46,492 nucleotides of DNA, from NCBI GenBank assembly GCA_031374125.1, contig JANMFM010000048.1:1-46492 (forward strand), written 5' to 3'. Below the pieces are notes generated by a model. It did no database searches and had not been told where the DNA came from. It saw only the letters and a program-made list of their open reading frames with translations. Shown piece by piece: positions 33,781 to 44,358 of the stretch. This DNA comes from Bdellovibrionales bacterium. Lineage in GTDB: Bacteria; Bdellovibrionota; Bdellovibrionia; Bdellovibrionales; JAEYZS01. Numbering within the stretch: the stretch's first letter is position 1; every line of letters begins with the position of its first letter. The position numbers were made by a program, and so were the translations under genes.

Positions 33781-34218
33781 TTATAGACGGGCAGCGTGGA
33801 TAACTGTATTTATCGTTTGGTCCGCGTAACCTCTATTAGTTAAGTAACGATAAATATCCTGTTTTTCTTCGATTGTGTAGGGTGGATTTTTGTTTAGGCG
33901 CTTTAAAGTGAGTTCTTTTGCCTTTTCGACCTCTAAGTTCCAGTTTGGGTGAATGCAAGGCAAGCCTTTGGATTCTAAATATTGATTTATATAAAGGATG
34001 CCTTTGTGTTTGCGATTGAGTTGCTCAGAAACATTCTCTGAAAGCTTGGTGGGTTCCATGATAAGGCCCTGCTCTTGAGCAATCTCAATGCCTTCATCAA
34101 TGTCTTCCGCTTCAAATTGTTTAGATGTCAGTTTATTTCGAATTTCTTTTTCCGAATGGTCTCTTACCGATAAGTAATCAACGATTTTTTCGAGAGCCGA
34201 CTTTTTCTTTGTAGTCAT
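33781..34218 (-). CDS. recX: RecA regulator RecX
   Basis: The 145-aa helical-repeat protein has YLSVRDHSEKEIRNKL... and YLTNRGY, and it lies in the recA neighbourhood. I moved the start from 34323 to ATG 34218 to avoid overlapping divergent pgpA. Confidence 0.7.
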   Translation of the reverse strand: MTTKKKSALEKIVDYLSVRDHSEKEIRNKLTSKQFEAEDIDEGIEIAQEQGLIMEPTKLSENVSEQLNRKHKGILYINQYLESKGLPCIHPNWNLEVEKAKELTLKRLNKNPPYTIEEKQDIYRYLTNRGYADQTINTVIHAARL

Positions 34219-34246
34219 ATTACTTCTTTCATTGTCTAATACTTTT

Positions 34247-34708
34247 ATGAATAAATCAAAATGGATTTCATTGGCGGCTACCTTTTTTGGCGCAGGACTG
34301 TCACCAAAAATGCCGGGAACCATAGGGACGTTGGCTGCAATTCCAGTCTGGTGTTTGTTTTTTTTAACCGGACCATACGTCTATATGGTCTTAACGTTTC
34401 TACTCGTAATTTTTGCTATTTTTATCTCTGATGCCTACGAAAAAGATCAGCCTACACACGATCGTCCTGAAATTGTTATCGATGAAGTTGTAGGATTCTT
34501 AATTACAATGACGTGGCTTCCGTTTTCATTAAAATATTTGGTGTTGGGATTTGTTCTTTTTAGAGTGCTTGATATTTGGAAGCCATTCCCTATTAGTTAT
34601 TTAAATGACAAAGTTAAAGGCGGATTTGGTGTGGTCATAGATGACGTGGCAGCAGGTTTGGTCGCAAATGTAGTCCTACAGTTCTTGACGCAAAGCGGAT
34701 ACATCTAA
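34247..34708 (+). CDS. pgpA: phosphatidylglycerophosphatase A
   Basis: It has FGAGLSPKMPGTIGTLAAIP and DRPEIVIDEVVG, both PgpA signatures. The start could be ATG 34247 or TTG 34232. Confidence 0.85.
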   Translation: MNKSKWISLAATFFGAGLSPKMPGTIGTLAAIPVWCLFFLTGPYVYMVLTFLLVIFAIFISDAYEKDQPTHDRPEIVIDEVVGFLITMTWLPFSLKYLVLGFVLFRVLDIWKPFPISYLNDKVKGGFGVVIDDVAAGLVANVVLQFLTQSGYI

Positions 34709-35181
34709 TGGATAAAGTTGAAAAACTCTTCAAAATCCTAAAAGAAAAAAAAGCTACCCTCGGTGCTGCCGAAAGTTGCACCGGCGGCCGATTCTCGGCA
34801 AAGATAACAGCAGTTCCAGGTAGTTCCGAGTTTTTTATTGGGTCCATCATTTCCTACGCCAATTCCGTTAAACAAGATGTTCTGGAAATACCTGAAATTG
34901 ATATCAAAAACCATGGCGCTGTTAGCCAGATCGTGGCAGAAAAAATGTCCAGGAATGTACGAGAATTGTTGAATTGCACTTTCAGCGTTAGTATTACTGG
35001 TATTGCTGGTCCGGGGGGCGGATCGCAAACCAAGCCAGTTGGCACTGTATGGTTCGGAATTAGTGGCCTAAAAATTGTAAAGACAGAGATGAAGGTATTC
35101 ATCGGCGATAGAGCGCGCGTGCAAGATGCTGCTAGCGACTACGCAATTGAGCTACTAATTAAAACGATTTCGTCGCTGTAA
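34708..35181 (+). CDS. pncC: CinA C-terminal-domain protein (nicotinamide-nucleotide amidase PncC-like)
   Basis: It has LGAAESCTGG and SITGIAGPGGG, and it sits directly upstream of recA as in many bacteria. Its ATG overlaps the pgpA stop. Confidence 0.82.
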   Translation: MDKVEKLFKILKEKKATLGAAESCTGGRFSAKITAVPGSSEFFIGSIISYANSVKQDVLEIPEIDIKNHGAVSQIVAEKMSRNVRELLNCTFSVSITGIAGPGGGSQTKPVGTVWFGISGLKIVKTEMKVFIGDRARVQDAASDYAIELLIKTISSL

Positions 35182-35333
35182 CTGTAAAAATATTAAATAA
35201 TTAAATATATACAGAACAGACGAAAAAAAATACGGTGGGCTTCCCAAGGCCAACTCTAAACTTAAAAAAGATTAATAATTAAACTTGGCTAGGGCTCGCC
35301 ACAGCGAGCACTGAAACCAGAGGAGTAATGTAC

Positions 35334-36449
35334 ATGGCAATTCAAACGACAAATTCAGAAAAATCAAAAGCATTAGACTTAGCTTTATCTTCTATCGAAA
35401 AACAATTCGGTAAAGGTTCCATCATGAAATTGGGTGGAGATAACAAATTAGGAGATAATATCTCAGTTATTTCTACGGGTTCACTTGGTTTGGATATCGC
35501 TTTAGGAATAGGCGGAGTTCCAAAAGGAAGAATCATCGAGATCTACGGCCCAGAATCTTCTGGTAAAACAACAATCGCTCTTTCAATCATCGCTCAATCG
35601 CAAAAAGCGGGTGGCGTTGCAGCGTTTGTGGATGCGGAACATGCTTTGGATATCAGTTATGCAAAAAAATTAGGTGTTAAAGTTGAAGATCTTTTGGTTT
35701 CTCAACCCGACACTGGCGAACAAGCTCTAGAAATCACGGAAACTCTTGTGAGATCAGGCGCGGTTGATGTTCTAGTTGTGGACTCAGTTGCAGCTTTAAC
35801 TCCAAGAGCAGAAATCGAAGGCGATATGGGCGATAGCCATATGGGTCTTCAAGCAAGATTGATGTCACAAGCTTTAAGAAAACTAACGGCAGTCATCAGC
35901 AGATCCAACACGACTGTGATTTTCATTAACCAAATTCGTATGAAAATTGGTGTAATGTTTGGTAACCCAGAAACTACAACTGGTGGTAACGCACTCAAGT
36001 TCTACTCTTCTGTTCGTATGGATGTAAGAAGAACTGGCGCGATCAAGAACGGTGAAGAAGTAACAGGTTCAAGAACAGCCGTTAAAGTTGTGAAGAACAA
36101 GGTTGCTCCTCCATTTGCTAGAGCAGAATTCGATCTTATGTACGGAGAAGGAATTTCTTTAACTGGTGAAGTTTTAGATATCGCTTCGGATAAAGGAATC
36201 ATCGAAAAAGCCGGCGCATGGTACAGCTACAATGGCGAAAGAATTGGCCAAGGTAGAGATGCTTCAAAAGTTTACTTAAAAGAAAATCCAAAACTATTAG
36301 AAACTCTAAGACTATTGGTATTAGAAGCTCAAGGCATTGGCGTAAAACCAGGTGCTCCAGCTCCGAAGCCATCAGTAGATGCTCCGGTTTCGATCTCTAC
36401 TGAAGATGCTTTGGCAAAAGCAGTAGCTAAGAAAAAGACAAAAAATTAG
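35334..36449 (+). CDS. recA: recombinase RecA
   Basis: It has Walker [10 protein letters not shown], then [15 protein letters not shown], the L2 loop region [16 protein letters not shown] and a low-complexity C-terminal tail. AGGAG lies 8 nt before ATG 35334; ATG 35328 is only 2 nt from the SD. Confidence 0.97.
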   Translation: MAIQTTNSEKSKALDLALSSIEKQFGKGSIMKLGGDNKLGDNISVISTGSLGLDIALGIGGVPKGRIIEIYGPESSGKTTIALSIIAQSQKAGGVAAFVDAEHALDISYAKKLGVKVEDLLVSQPDTGEQALEITETLVRSGAVDVLVVDSVAALTPRAEIEGDMGDSHMGLQARLMSQALRKLTAVISRSNTTVIFINQIRMKIGVMFGNPETTTGGNALKFYSSVRMDVRRTGAIKNGEEVTGSRTAVKVVKNKVAPPFARAEFDLMYGEGISLTGEVLDIASDKGIIEKAGAWYSYNGERIGQGRDASKVYLKENPKLLETLRLLVLEAQGIGVKPGAPAPKPSVDAPVSISTEDALAKAVAKKKTKN

Positions 36450-36460
36450 TTCGAAAGATT

Positions 36461-36487
36461 GCTGCCGGTTTTGTGAGTATCGGCAGC
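36461..36487. terminator. hairpin between convergent genes (candidate recA terminator)
   Basis: GCTGCCG (36461-36467) pairs with CGGCAGC (36481-36487), giving a 7-bp GC-rich stem and 13-nt loop. Confidence 0.45.
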
Positions 36488-36489
36488 GA

Positions 36490-37107
36490 TCATTTGGGAT
36501 TGTTTCTTCTCATCCAGGCGAAGAGAAAAAGTGAACCAAAAGAAAACGCAATAATTGATCCAAAAATAATTCTATTTTCTAAGGAGTCATCCTTAGCCAA
36601 ATCATTTCCGTAAACCAAAATAAGAGCTTTGATCAATATCCATGATTGTAGGACCGACCAAATATAAAAGAAGGCGTTCTTATAACTGATTTTTTTAGAA
36701 GGTTTTTTTGGGATATCTGTAGTAGGAGTCAGAGCTAGTCCCAATCTTTTGGGCTCTCTGTAGGACAGGGGCTTTTCCGTATGCTTTTTAAAGCCCCAAT
36801 ACTTTTTTTGAAATTCGTTTAAAGTTTGGTTCCAGGAGTACCTAAGATCTTCATCATCCATAAAGTTAAAATCATAAGTTTTTATTTTTTTAAAAAACTC
36901 TTCTAAAGATTTATCTGCAATTTGATCAAAGTCATTTTTTTCAAAATAACCATAAGTTGGTGCCAAATCCAGCTCGTGACTATCAAGGATCTGCTTTAGG
37001 GCTTCAAAATCCTGAGGATGAAGCTTTGTGCTCAACTCAATGTAAAGCGGATGCTGGGCAATTGAATTCATAATCGATTTATACAACAGCTCTTTCTGGC
37101 TGTCCAA
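36490..37107 (-). CDS. hypothetical membrane protein (soluble N-terminal part plus two C-terminal TM segments)
   Basis: The 205-aa ORF has a TTG start (ATG alternative at 37071). The hydrophobic segments are FFYIWSVLQSWILIKALILVY and IIFGSIIAFSFGSLFLFAW. Confidence 0.45.
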   Translation of the reverse strand: MDSQKELLYKSIMNSIAQHPLYIELSTKLHPQDFEALKQILDSHELDLAPTYGYFEKNDFDQIADKSLEEFFKKIKTYDFNFMDDEDLRYSWNQTLNEFQKKYWGFKKHTEKPLSYREPKRLGLALTPTTDIPKKPSKKISYKNAFFYIWSVLQSWILIKALILVYGNDLAKDDSLENRIIFGSIIAFSFGSLFLFAWMRRNNPK

Positions 37108-37198
37108 AGATCTGTCAAAACAAAATACGTTACTTGAGAGTCACATTCAACAAGGCAAAGTTGTTGATTTAGAAACACGAAGAGATAAAATTATCCAA

Positions 37199-38218
37199 AT
37201 GGTAGAAAATAATACTAACGTAGATCAAGATAAAATCAGATTGAGAATAGCTAAAATTTCTTTGGTTATTGGAAGCCTACTTTTGATTTTCAAATTCTAT
37301 GCTTATGAGATTACAGATTCTCAGGCCATTTTGTCTGACGCTCTAGAGAGCATTGTCAATGTTCTTGGAGCCGTGATCGCGCTGATCACTATCAGCATTG
37401 CTTCAAAGCCTGCGGATAAGGATCACCCTTATGGTCACGGCAAAGCCGAATATTTTTCTGTGGCCTTTGAAGGTGGGTTCATTTCATTTGCAGCAGCACT
37501 TATTTTTTACGAGGCAGTTAGAAATTTAGTTTCTAAGAACCAAATTCAGAATATCGAAATTGGTATTTACTTTACGGTATTTGCAGGACTTGTGAATGGT
37601 GCCTTAGGACTCTATCTCAAGCATGCTGGTAAAAAATTAAAATCTCTAGCTCTTAAGGGTAGCGGAGACCATTTGATTTCAGATTTTATTACGAGCATTG
37701 GCCTGGCGGTGGGTCTCGTGCTTGTGATTTTCACAAAAGCTTACTGGATAGACTCTGTTATAGCCATCATACTTGGGTTCTTTCTCGCAAAAACTGGTTT
37801 TGGTTTAGTAAAAAAATCCTTAGCAGGATTGATGGATGCCGAGGATCTTGGTGTTATTAAAAAAATTGGAAAAGTATTCGCAAAGAAAATCTTTCCTGGC
37901 ATTATCCGCATTCACTATACGAGAGTCATTAGATCCGGCAGATATCATCATATTGATGCACATGTCGTTGTTCCAGAATTTTGGGACGTCACAAAGGCAC
38001 ATAATGAGGTCAGTCGTTTTGAAAAATTAGTATTCGAAGAATACCCAAACGACGGGGAATTGCACTTTCACTTGGATCCATGCCGTAGAGCTTACTGCGA
38101 AGTTTGTGATTTGGCAGATTGCCCTATTAGACAAAAGCCGTTTGTTCAACGGCTCTCGTTTACCTTAGAAGAATTAACGGACCCTCAAGAGCCCGAAGAA
38201 TTTAGAAAAGAAAAGTAG
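37199..38218 (+). CDS. cation diffusion facilitator (CDF) family metal efflux transporter
   Basis: It has six TM segments, with the CDF signature SDALESIVN in TM2 and HLISDFITS in TM5 (DxxxD/HxxxD-type sites). It also has a cytoplasmic C-terminal domain. Confidence 0.85.
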   Translation: MVENNTNVDQDKIRLRIAKISLVIGSLLLIFKFYAYEITDSQAILSDALESIVNVLGAVIALITISIASKPADKDHPYGHGKAEYFSVAFEGGFISFAAALIFYEAVRNLVSKNQIQNIEIGIYFTVFAGLVNGALGLYLKHAGKKLKSLALKGSGDHLISDFITSIGLAVGLVLVIFTKAYWIDSVIAIILGFFLAKTGFGLVKKSLAGLMDAEDLGVIKKIGKVFAKKIFPGIIRIHYTRVIRSGRYHHIDAHVVVPEFWDVTKAHNEVSRFEKLVFEEYPNDGELHFHLDPCRRAYCEVCDLADCPIRQKPFVQRLSFTLEELTDPQEPEEFRKEK

Positions 38219-38219
38219 C

Positions 38220-38597
38220 TTATTGCTCTTGAGTTTTAGCGGGAGCTTCTTTTGCCACTTTGGCTTTTTTAACTTTAGTGTCCAAAATATCTTTTCTTAG
38301 TTTCTCAACATTTTTCATTAACGTCGTATCTTTAAGTTTTAATCTTGTGTTTAAAACATCGATTGCTTTATCTGCTAATTCCGAACCAGCAAATGGAACG
38401 ATATTATCGTTAAAGAATTTACTTTGTTTAGTTTGCTTTAAAAGTTCACGCGCTTGAACTTCTACAAGCTTTCCAGCTGTTTGCAGATTTTGAACAACTT
38501 GTTGTTTAATCTGATCTTTGTTTTGGATAGCTTCTCTGACTTGATCCAAAATTGGTTTCTTTTGATTGTTACCTGATTGATTGTTCGTTTCGCTCAT
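38220..38597 (-). CDS. hypothetical Lys/Gln-rich helical protein
   Basis: The 125-aa product starts MSETNNQS. It is predicted helical by composition, and no domain is recognised. Confidence 0.45.
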   Translation of the reverse strand: MSETNNQSGNNQKKPILDQVREAIQNKDQIKQQVVQNLQTAGKLVEVQARELLKQTKQSKFFNDNIVPFAGSELADKAIDVLNTRLKLKDTTLMKNVEKLRKDILDTKVKKAKVAKEAPAKTQEQ

Positions 38598-38729
38598 AAA
38601 AATCCTCCCTAAGGTATATAGTAAAGAGTCGACATCCTAGCATCGGCTAAAGGTTAATTTCTAGGCAATTTTTATAATTTCGATGCTTTTGTTGATAAAA
38701 ACGCAATGTTTTGTTAGTTCTTGCGCACT

Positions 38730-39425
38730 ATGCGTAATGTTTTCTACCCAGCATCAAGAATTCTGAATAAGGAATACACACTTAATCCCTATTTGCTCAA
38801 GCTCCGTGAGGAGCTTAAGGAAGCTTATTTTGATTACGAGCAGGCGGTAGAATTGAAGGGCTGCTGGAGAAAAAATTCTTTTGGTTTAGCCGAATCAACT
38901 CCTTTGGACCTAGAAATCGGCACGGGGAATGGATTTTTCTTTGCCCATCATTGTTTTCAAAATCCAAATAGAGCGGTGCTGGGTTTAGAAATTAAGTACA
39001 AACCTTTGCACCAGACTTTAAAGCGTTCGCAATCTTTGGGCTCAACAAATGGCCGCGGTGTGCGCATGCATGCTGCACAAATTGATCAGATTCTTTCACC
39101 GAGCGAAATCGATAATGCATATATTTTTTTTCCAGACCCTTGGCCCAAAAAACGTCATCACAAGAATAGACTGATTCAGCTCGATTTCTTGCACACACTT
39201 TTTGAAATTCAAAAGCCAGGCTCTTTTTTAGAATTCAAAACAGACAATCCAGAATATTTTGATTGGACTGTAGAGAAAATGAAAAAAGGCCCATACAAAA
39301 TCGAAAGACTCACATACGATCTTCACAACTCTGAATGGGCCCAAGAGAATTTCCAAACTCACTTCGAAAGACTCTGGACAAGCAAAGGTTTAAAAACCAT
39401 GCTTATCCGTGGTTATAAATCTTAA
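38730..39425 (+). CDS. trmB: tRNA (guanine-N7)-methyltransferase
   Basis: It has the SAM motif LEIGTGNG and the TrmB signature FPDPWPKKRHHKNR. The start could be ATG 38730 or TTG 38721. Confidence 0.9.
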   Translation: MRNVFYPASRILNKEYTLNPYLLKLREELKEAYFDYEQAVELKGCWRKNSFGLAESTPLDLEIGTGNGFFFAHHCFQNPNRAVLGLEIKYKPLHQTLKRSQSLGSTNGRGVRMHAAQIDQILSPSEIDNAYIFFPDPWPKKRHHKNRLIQLDFLHTLFEIQKPGSFLEFKTDNPEYFDWTVEKMKKGPYKIERLTYDLHNSEWAQENFQTHFERLWTSKGLKTMLIRGYKS

Positions 39426-40618
39426 AGCCTTTCCGTTAAATTTATAATTGGAGCATTCATAATTTCTTCCACAGATCTAAAGTTGTATTCTAGGTGATAC
39501 ATCGGTGAAGGGGGCATGTGCTTTATGCTTTTATTTACGCATCTCATGCTTGTGCATTTTTCTGGATCAATGAATGTGGAGGCAGAAACAGTTTCCCCTG
39601 GTGCTAAGTGGATGACATAGACATTTCCTTTATCAATAACCTTTGTCTCATCTGAAAAACTTAAGCTTAAATCCATATGAATGATGGTGCTCTTATCATA
39701 ATCATTATCGTGGCCATGGTGAGTGGTCAGTACAAATGGCGCATTTTTTAAAGAAGCTTTATCTAGGGCTACAGACAGGGGGACGGAGTGAGGATTCACT
39801 AGACTCAGCTGGTAGGCAAATAGTCTGCGCCCCTCATATGTTCTACTTCTATCAAAGCTGTATTGGGGAGCCAATTTCTCGAATTGTATTTTGAACTTAT
39901 TGGAAATGGTTTTTTTATTCTCTGTATTGATGGCCACTCTGCAAAACTGATTGGGTTTGTATTTTTGCAAGGGAATATCTTGAACTGTTGTATTCACTTT
40001 AGAAATAAAATGTCCTAGCGAAAGAGAGTTTAATCCGGGATTTTTTACTTGAGCAGTGAATGTATCACAAACGAGGCTGACAAATTCATCGCCTTTTAGA
40101 TTTAGAATTTGCGCAGAATTAAAATTAGAAAAAATCACAGATTCGTTCATTGAGAAATCTGCTGCAAAATTGTTTAAATCAATATTTCTTTCTGGCAAGG
40201 CATAGGTTTTTGTTGATCCAGCTGAATTTTGAAGCTGAACTAAAATTTTACAAGAGGTAAATTCCTGTGGATATAGCGTAGCCTCGATGGGTAAAATTTC
40301 TTTCACTTGGATATTGTTTTTCTTATATGAATTGATGGCTACAAATGATTTTCCTTCACTCACACATTTTACATCTGCTTTTATTGTGAAAGAGGAGTCA
40401 CTGTTTTTCATTTCTTCGGGATTTGTTGTTTTTAGTTGAGCATTCGCGAAATAAATGTAGTCGTTCAACTGTAGGGCATCTTGATTGGTCAGAACGGTAT
40501 TTTTATTTCCTTCTGACCTTAAATAATAAATATTAGGGGCTTCCCAATTGTCTTTGTTTTTGCCCCCACTGCAGTTAACCAATAATATCGAAACTAAAAC
40601 TAAAAATATAATTTGCAT
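39422..40618 (-). CDS. hypothetical lipoprotein
   Basis: The product begins MQIIFLVLVSILLVN|C with a lipobox. It is beta-rich and no domain is recognised. I moved the start from 40648 to ATG 40618. Confidence 0.5.
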   Translation of the reverse strand: MQIIFLVLVSILLVNCSGGKNKDNWEAPNIYYLRSEGNKNTVLTNQDALQLNDYIYFANAQLKTTNPEEMKNSDSSFTIKADVKCVSEGKSFVAINSYKKNNIQVKEILPIEATLYPQEFTSCKILVQLQNSAGSTKTYALPERNIDLNNFAADFSMNESVIFSNFNSAQILNLKGDEFVSLVCDTFTAQVKNPGLNSLSLGHFISKVNTTVQDIPLQKYKPNQFCRVAINTENKKTISNKFKIQFEKLAPQYSFDRSRTYEGRRLFAYQLSLVNPHSVPLSVALDKASLKNAPFVLTTHHGHDNDYDKSTIIHMDLSLSFSDETKVIDKGNVYVIHLAPGETVSASTFIDPEKCTSMRCVNKSIKHMPPSPMYHLEYNFRSVEEIMNAPIINLTERL

Positions 40619-40723
40619 AAAAATCTCCTTTGCAGGTGAGTAATGCAAGATCCATAGTCCACTCTAGATTCGTTTAATTAAACTTGATCTGGAAAGTATC
40701 CGGATATCGGATAGTTTGCCGGA

Positions 40724-41011
40724 TTACCAGTAATCTGTGTCGATAGAGATGTCGCCGTGAACTTCGGTTTGGCAACTCATGCGATGACCGGGCGCCACGT
40801 CGTGGATTTCCTTCATGTCGGTTTCGAGATCACCTTCTGATGAAAGATTCTCTTTGCCCTCGATGACTTTTACCATGCACTTGACACAAACGCCTTCGCC
40901 GCCACAAGAAGAGGCAACGGGAATTCCTAGGTCATTCAGTGCATGAAAGAGGTTTGCTCCTTCTGCGACTTCCACGACCCTTTGGCTTTTGGCTAGACGT
41001 ACTTTAGGCAT
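40724..41011 (-). CDS. [2Fe-2S] ferredoxin (plant/vertebrate-type fold)
   Basis: The 95-aa product has the Cys pattern SSCGGEGVCVKC ... C (C-x5-C-x2-C ... C). Confidence 0.8.
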   Translation of the reverse strand: MPKVRLAKSQRVVEVAEGANLFHALNDLGIPVASSCGGEGVCVKCMVKVIEGKENLSSEGDLETDMKEIHDVAPGHRMSCQTEVHGDISIDTDYW

Positions 41012-41130
41012 GACTCATATTGAATATAATGGCCGTACGAGTCAACCAAGAAGCGGCGTTCGGTCACTTGTTAAATTGTCAGGCGTACTCATATTTGATA
41101 AGGTTTATTGGAATTATAAATGAGGAAATT

Positions 41131-42072
41131 ATGAGTGACGGAAAAGTAAATACGGAAAAAGTAATTATTATTGGTTCGGGTCCCGCTGGCTATACAGCAG
41201 CTATCTACTCATCACGAGCAAATCTTGCTCCAATTCTTTTTGAAGGTGATCAGCCGGGTGGTCAATTGATGACGACAACGGATGTGGAAAATTATCCGGG
41301 TTTCGCGGATGGTGTAATGGGTCCAGAGATGATGCAGGTTTTTAGAAAACAATCCGAAAGATTCGGAACAAAAATGGTTTCGCAAATGGTTGAGAAGGTG
41401 GATTTTTCAAAGCGTCCATTTAAAGTTTGGTCGGATGGAAAAGAATACCAAGCTCAAACGGTAATCATTTCAACGGGTGCAACAGCAAAACTTCTTAACA
41501 TTCCTTCAGAAAAACAATTCTGGGGTAAAGGCGTTTCTGCATGTGCAACTTGTGATGGTGCGTTCTTTAAAAATGTAGAAGTCGCGATCGTTGGCGGTGG
41601 TGACACGGCAATGGAAGAAGCACTTTTCCTTACGAGATACGCAACGAAAGTTCACGTACTTCACAGACGCGATTCTTTCAGAGCTTCAAAAATTATGGCG
41701 GATAGAGTTCTCAATCACGAAAAGATCGTGGTTCACTGGGATTCTGCTGTCGAAGAAATCGGCGGCGATAGGATCGTACGCTGGGTGAAAGTTAAAAACT
41801 TAAAAAACAATTCTATTTCTGAACTAAAAGTGGAAGGTTTATTTGTGGCTATCGGTCATAAACCAAATACAGATATTTTTAAAGGTCAGCTAGATATGAA
41901 TGAGACAGGATACTTGGTGACAAAACCTGGAACGACTTACACCAATGTCGACGGCGTGTTTGCATGTGGTGATGTTCAAGATCCAATTTATAGACAAGCA
42001 GTCACTGCGGCCGGTACAGGTTGTATGGCAGCAATTGATTCTGAGAGATGGTTAGAAAAAAATCACATGTGA
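41131..42072 (+). CDS. trxB: thioredoxin-disulfide reductase
   Basis: It has the FAD motif GSGPAGYTAA, the redox-active CATCDG, the NADPH motif GGGDTAMEEA...HRR and GDVQD. GAGGA lies upstream of ATG 41131. Confidence 0.95.
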   Translation: MSDGKVNTEKVIIIGSGPAGYTAAIYSSRANLAPILFEGDQPGGQLMTTTDVENYPGFADGVMGPEMMQVFRKQSERFGTKMVSQMVEKVDFSKRPFKVWSDGKEYQAQTVIISTGATAKLLNIPSEKQFWGKGVSACATCDGAFFKNVEVAIVGGGDTAMEEALFLTRYATKVHVLHRRDSFRASKIMADRVLNHEKIVVHWDSAVEEIGGDRIVRWVKVKNLKNNSISELKVEGLFVAIGHKPNTDIFKGQLDMNETGYLVTKPGTTYTNVDGVFACGDVQDPIYRQAVTAAGTGCMAAIDSERWLEKNHM

Positions 42073-42102
42073 TGTGATCTTTAAAAAATTAGGAAGATAG
42101 GG

Positions 42103-42603
42103 ATGTCTAAAAAAATCAATACGAAGTCACTCATCGACAAGATCGAAAAACTAACAAAGGAAAAGATGACTCAGCAAGATGTTGTGTCTCTTGATCAATT
42201 CCGTAAAGTTCAAAAAAAAGAAGATCTAAAATCCATTCTAGTGATTGATGACGATGAAACAATTCGTGCTGCGCTAAGAAGAATTTTTGAGGCTGAAGGT
42301 TATAAAACTATCACTGCGGCAGATGGCACCCAGTTGTCTGACGTTCTTGATGATTCTCCGATTGATTTGATTGTACTCGATATCGGGCTTCCATGGCTGA
42401 ATGGTTACGAGTTGGCAAAGCTTCTAAAAGAACACGAAGACTTGCGTAAAATCCCACTGATTTTTCTCTCAGGAAAAACAAGTGAACTCGATGTCAAGCG
42501 AGGCTTTGAAGTCGGTGCCGACGACTACATCAAAAAACCTTTCGATGTAGAAAAAATGAAAAAGGCCGTAGCGACTCTCCTAAAACTCTCCACCAAGAAA
42601 TAA
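42103..42603 (+). CDS. single-domain response regulator (CheY-like receiver with ~45-aa N-terminal extension)
   Basis: It has ILVIDDDE (acidic pair), DLIVLDIGLP (phospho-acceptor Asp), FLSGK (conserved T/S) and KKPF (conserved Lys). Confidence 0.85.
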   Translation: MSKKINTKSLIDKIEKLTKEKMTQQDVVSLDQFRKVQKKEDLKSILVIDDDETIRAALRRIFEAEGYKTITAADGTQLSDVLDDSPIDLIVLDIGLPWLNGYELAKLLKEHEDLRKIPLIFLSGKTSELDVKRGFEVGADDYIKKPFDVEKMKKAVATLLKLSTKK

Positions 42604-42604
42604 A

Positions 42605-42623
42605 AAAGGTGCCCTGCACCTTT
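42605..42623. terminator. hairpin terminator between convergent genes
   Basis: AAAGGTGC-cct-GCACCTTT forms a perfect 8-bp stem. It begins 2 nt after the stop of the response-regulator gene. Confidence 0.55.
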
Positions 42624-42639
42624 CCGTGTCGCTTATGCG

Positions 42640-44358
42640 TTAAATTGAAAATGATTTTGGGATTCCTTTTGGAATTGCGCTTAGTAATTTCTTTGTGTAG
42701 TCGTGTTGAGGATTTTCGTAGATGGAAATTGCATCAGCTTTTTCTACCACTTTACCGTTGTACATGACTGCAACTTCGTCGGCGATGAATTTCACGACGG
42801 CTAGATCATGAGAAATGAAAATGTAAGTTAAGTTCATTTCTTTTTGTAGATCTAAAAGTAAGTTTAAAATTTGCGCTTGGATCGAAACGTCAAGAGCCGA
42901 AACGGATTCATCGCAAACTATAAAGTCTGGTTGAACCGCTAATGCTCTAGCGATACAAATTCTTTGTCTTTGGCCGCCGGAGAACTCGTGCGGGTATCTG
43001 TTTAAGAATTTCTTATCAAGACCAACCTTGTCCATTAAGGCTGCTGCCATGTCCATGCGTTCGTTTTTGTCTTTTCCAAGACTATGGATCGTCATGGGTT
43101 CCATGATCGCGCTTGCGATAGTCATTCTTGGATTTAAAGAAGCATACGGATCTTGGAAAATGATCTGCATTTTTCTTCTGAGTTTTCTTAAGTCTGCAGA
43201 GTTGAGTGAGGGAATGTCCACGCCATTGTATTTGATTTGTCCTTCTGTTGGTTCGATCAATCTTAAGATTGTTCTACCAAGAGTTGATTTACCGCAACCG
43301 GATTCTCCTACGAGACCAAGGGTTCTGCCTTTTCTAACTTGAAGAGAAACACCATCAACAGCTTTTACTAGAGATTTTACTCCGCCGAAAATTCCGCCTT
43401 TGATGGGGAAATGTTTTTTCACATCTGTAAGTTCTAGTAAGATCGGGCTATCGTTTCCGATAGGCTTGATCACTTTTTGTTGAGCGTGAGCTGCAACGTC
43501 GAAAGTTTTTTCTTTTCCATCCGCTGACATAAAGTCACTCACGGTTGGAAGTCTGACGGGATTTCTTTCAAGGGATGGGCGACAAGCGAGTAACCCTTTG
43601 GTGTAAGGATGTTTCGGTGATCTGAAGATCTGCTCGGTTGTTCCTTTTTCTACGATATCACCACGATACATAACAACAACTTCATCGGCGATATCGGCAA
43701 TCACACCAAGATCATGCGTGATGAAGAGCATGCTCATTTTGTATTTCTTTTGGAGGTCGTGAAGGAGTTCTAAGATTTGTTTTTGAATGGTGACGTCAAG
43801 GGCTGTTGTCGGTTCATCGGCAATGAGAAGCACGGGATTGCAAGCAATCGCCATGGCAATCATGATTCTTTGTCTTTGACCGCCCGACATTTCGTGTGGG
43901 TAAGCCTTAATTCTTTTTTCAGGATCGGGGATGCCCACTTGGTGCATAAGATCTAAAGTTTTTTGGTAAGCTTCGCTCTTTGAAACATTTTGGTGAAGAA
44001 GAATAGTTTCCGCGATCTGGTCCCCAACTGTGAACACTGGGTTTAAGGAAGTCATTGGCTCTTGGAAGATCATAGAAATTTTATTTCCACGGATCTCGCG
44101 CATTTTAGATTCACGAAGTTTTAGTAGATCTGTTCCATCGAAAGTGATTGATCCACTTGCTATCTCGCCCGGAGGATTTGGAATCAAACGCATGATGGAA
44201 AGGGAGGTGACAGACTTTCCGGATCCCGATTCTCCAACCAGTCCAACCGTTTTTCCGCGTGGAATATTGAACGAGATGTTCTTTACGGCATTAACGACAC
44301 CGTCATCGGTTTTGAAATTGATGGATAGATTTTTTACTTCTACTAAGTTCTCTGACAT
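42640..44358 (-). CDS. ABC transporter ATP-binding protein with two fused ATPase domains (Dpp/Opp-type, YejF-like)
   Basis: It has two Walker A motifs ([16 protein letters not shown]), two signatures ([16 protein letters not shown]) and two Walker B motifs ([24 protein letters not shown]). Confidence 0.88.
   Translation of the reverse strand: MSENLVEVKNLSINFKTDDGVVNAVKNISFNIPRGKTVGLVGESGSGKSVTSLSIMRLIPNPPGEIASGSITFDGTDLLKLRESKMREIRGNKISMIFQEPMTSLNPVFTVGDQIAETILLHQNVSKSEAYQKTLDLMHQVGIPDPEKRIKAYPHEMSGGQRQRIMIAMAIACNPVLLIADEPTTALDVTIQKQILELLHDLQKKYKMSMLFITHDLGVIADIADEVVVMYRGDIVEKGTTEQIFRSPKHPYTKGLLACRPSLERNPVRLPTVSDFMSADGKEKTFDVAAHAQQKVIKPIGNDSPILLELTDVKKHFPIKGGIFGGVKSLVKAVDGVSLQVRKGRTLGLVGESGCGKSTLGRTILRLIEPTEGQIKYNGVDIPSLNSADLRKLRRKMQIIFQDPYASLNPRMTIASAIMEPMTIHSLGKDKNERMDMAAALMDKVGLDKKFLNRYPHEFSGGQRQRICIARALAVQPDFIVCDESVSALDVSIQAQILNLLLDLQKEMNLTYIFISHDLAVVKFIADEVAVMYNGKVVEKADAISIYENPQHDYTKKLLSAIPKGIPKSFSI

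Noticed and set aside
35182-35333. I looked for a LexA/SOS box upstream of recA.
   Set aside because: I found no CTGT-N8-ACAG, GAAC-N4-GTTC or TTAC-N3-GTAA type palindrome. The segment ATACAGAACAGACG contains ACAG words but has no dyad symmetry. I cannot claim SOS regulation from the sequence.
31241-36202. Short ORFs lie inside alaS, the cinA-like gene and recA, for example 31241..31477, 32913..33107, 33158..33686, 34635..35102, 35342..35536 and 36002..36202.
   Set aside because: They lie within highly conserved housekeeping genes and are alternative-frame artefacts.
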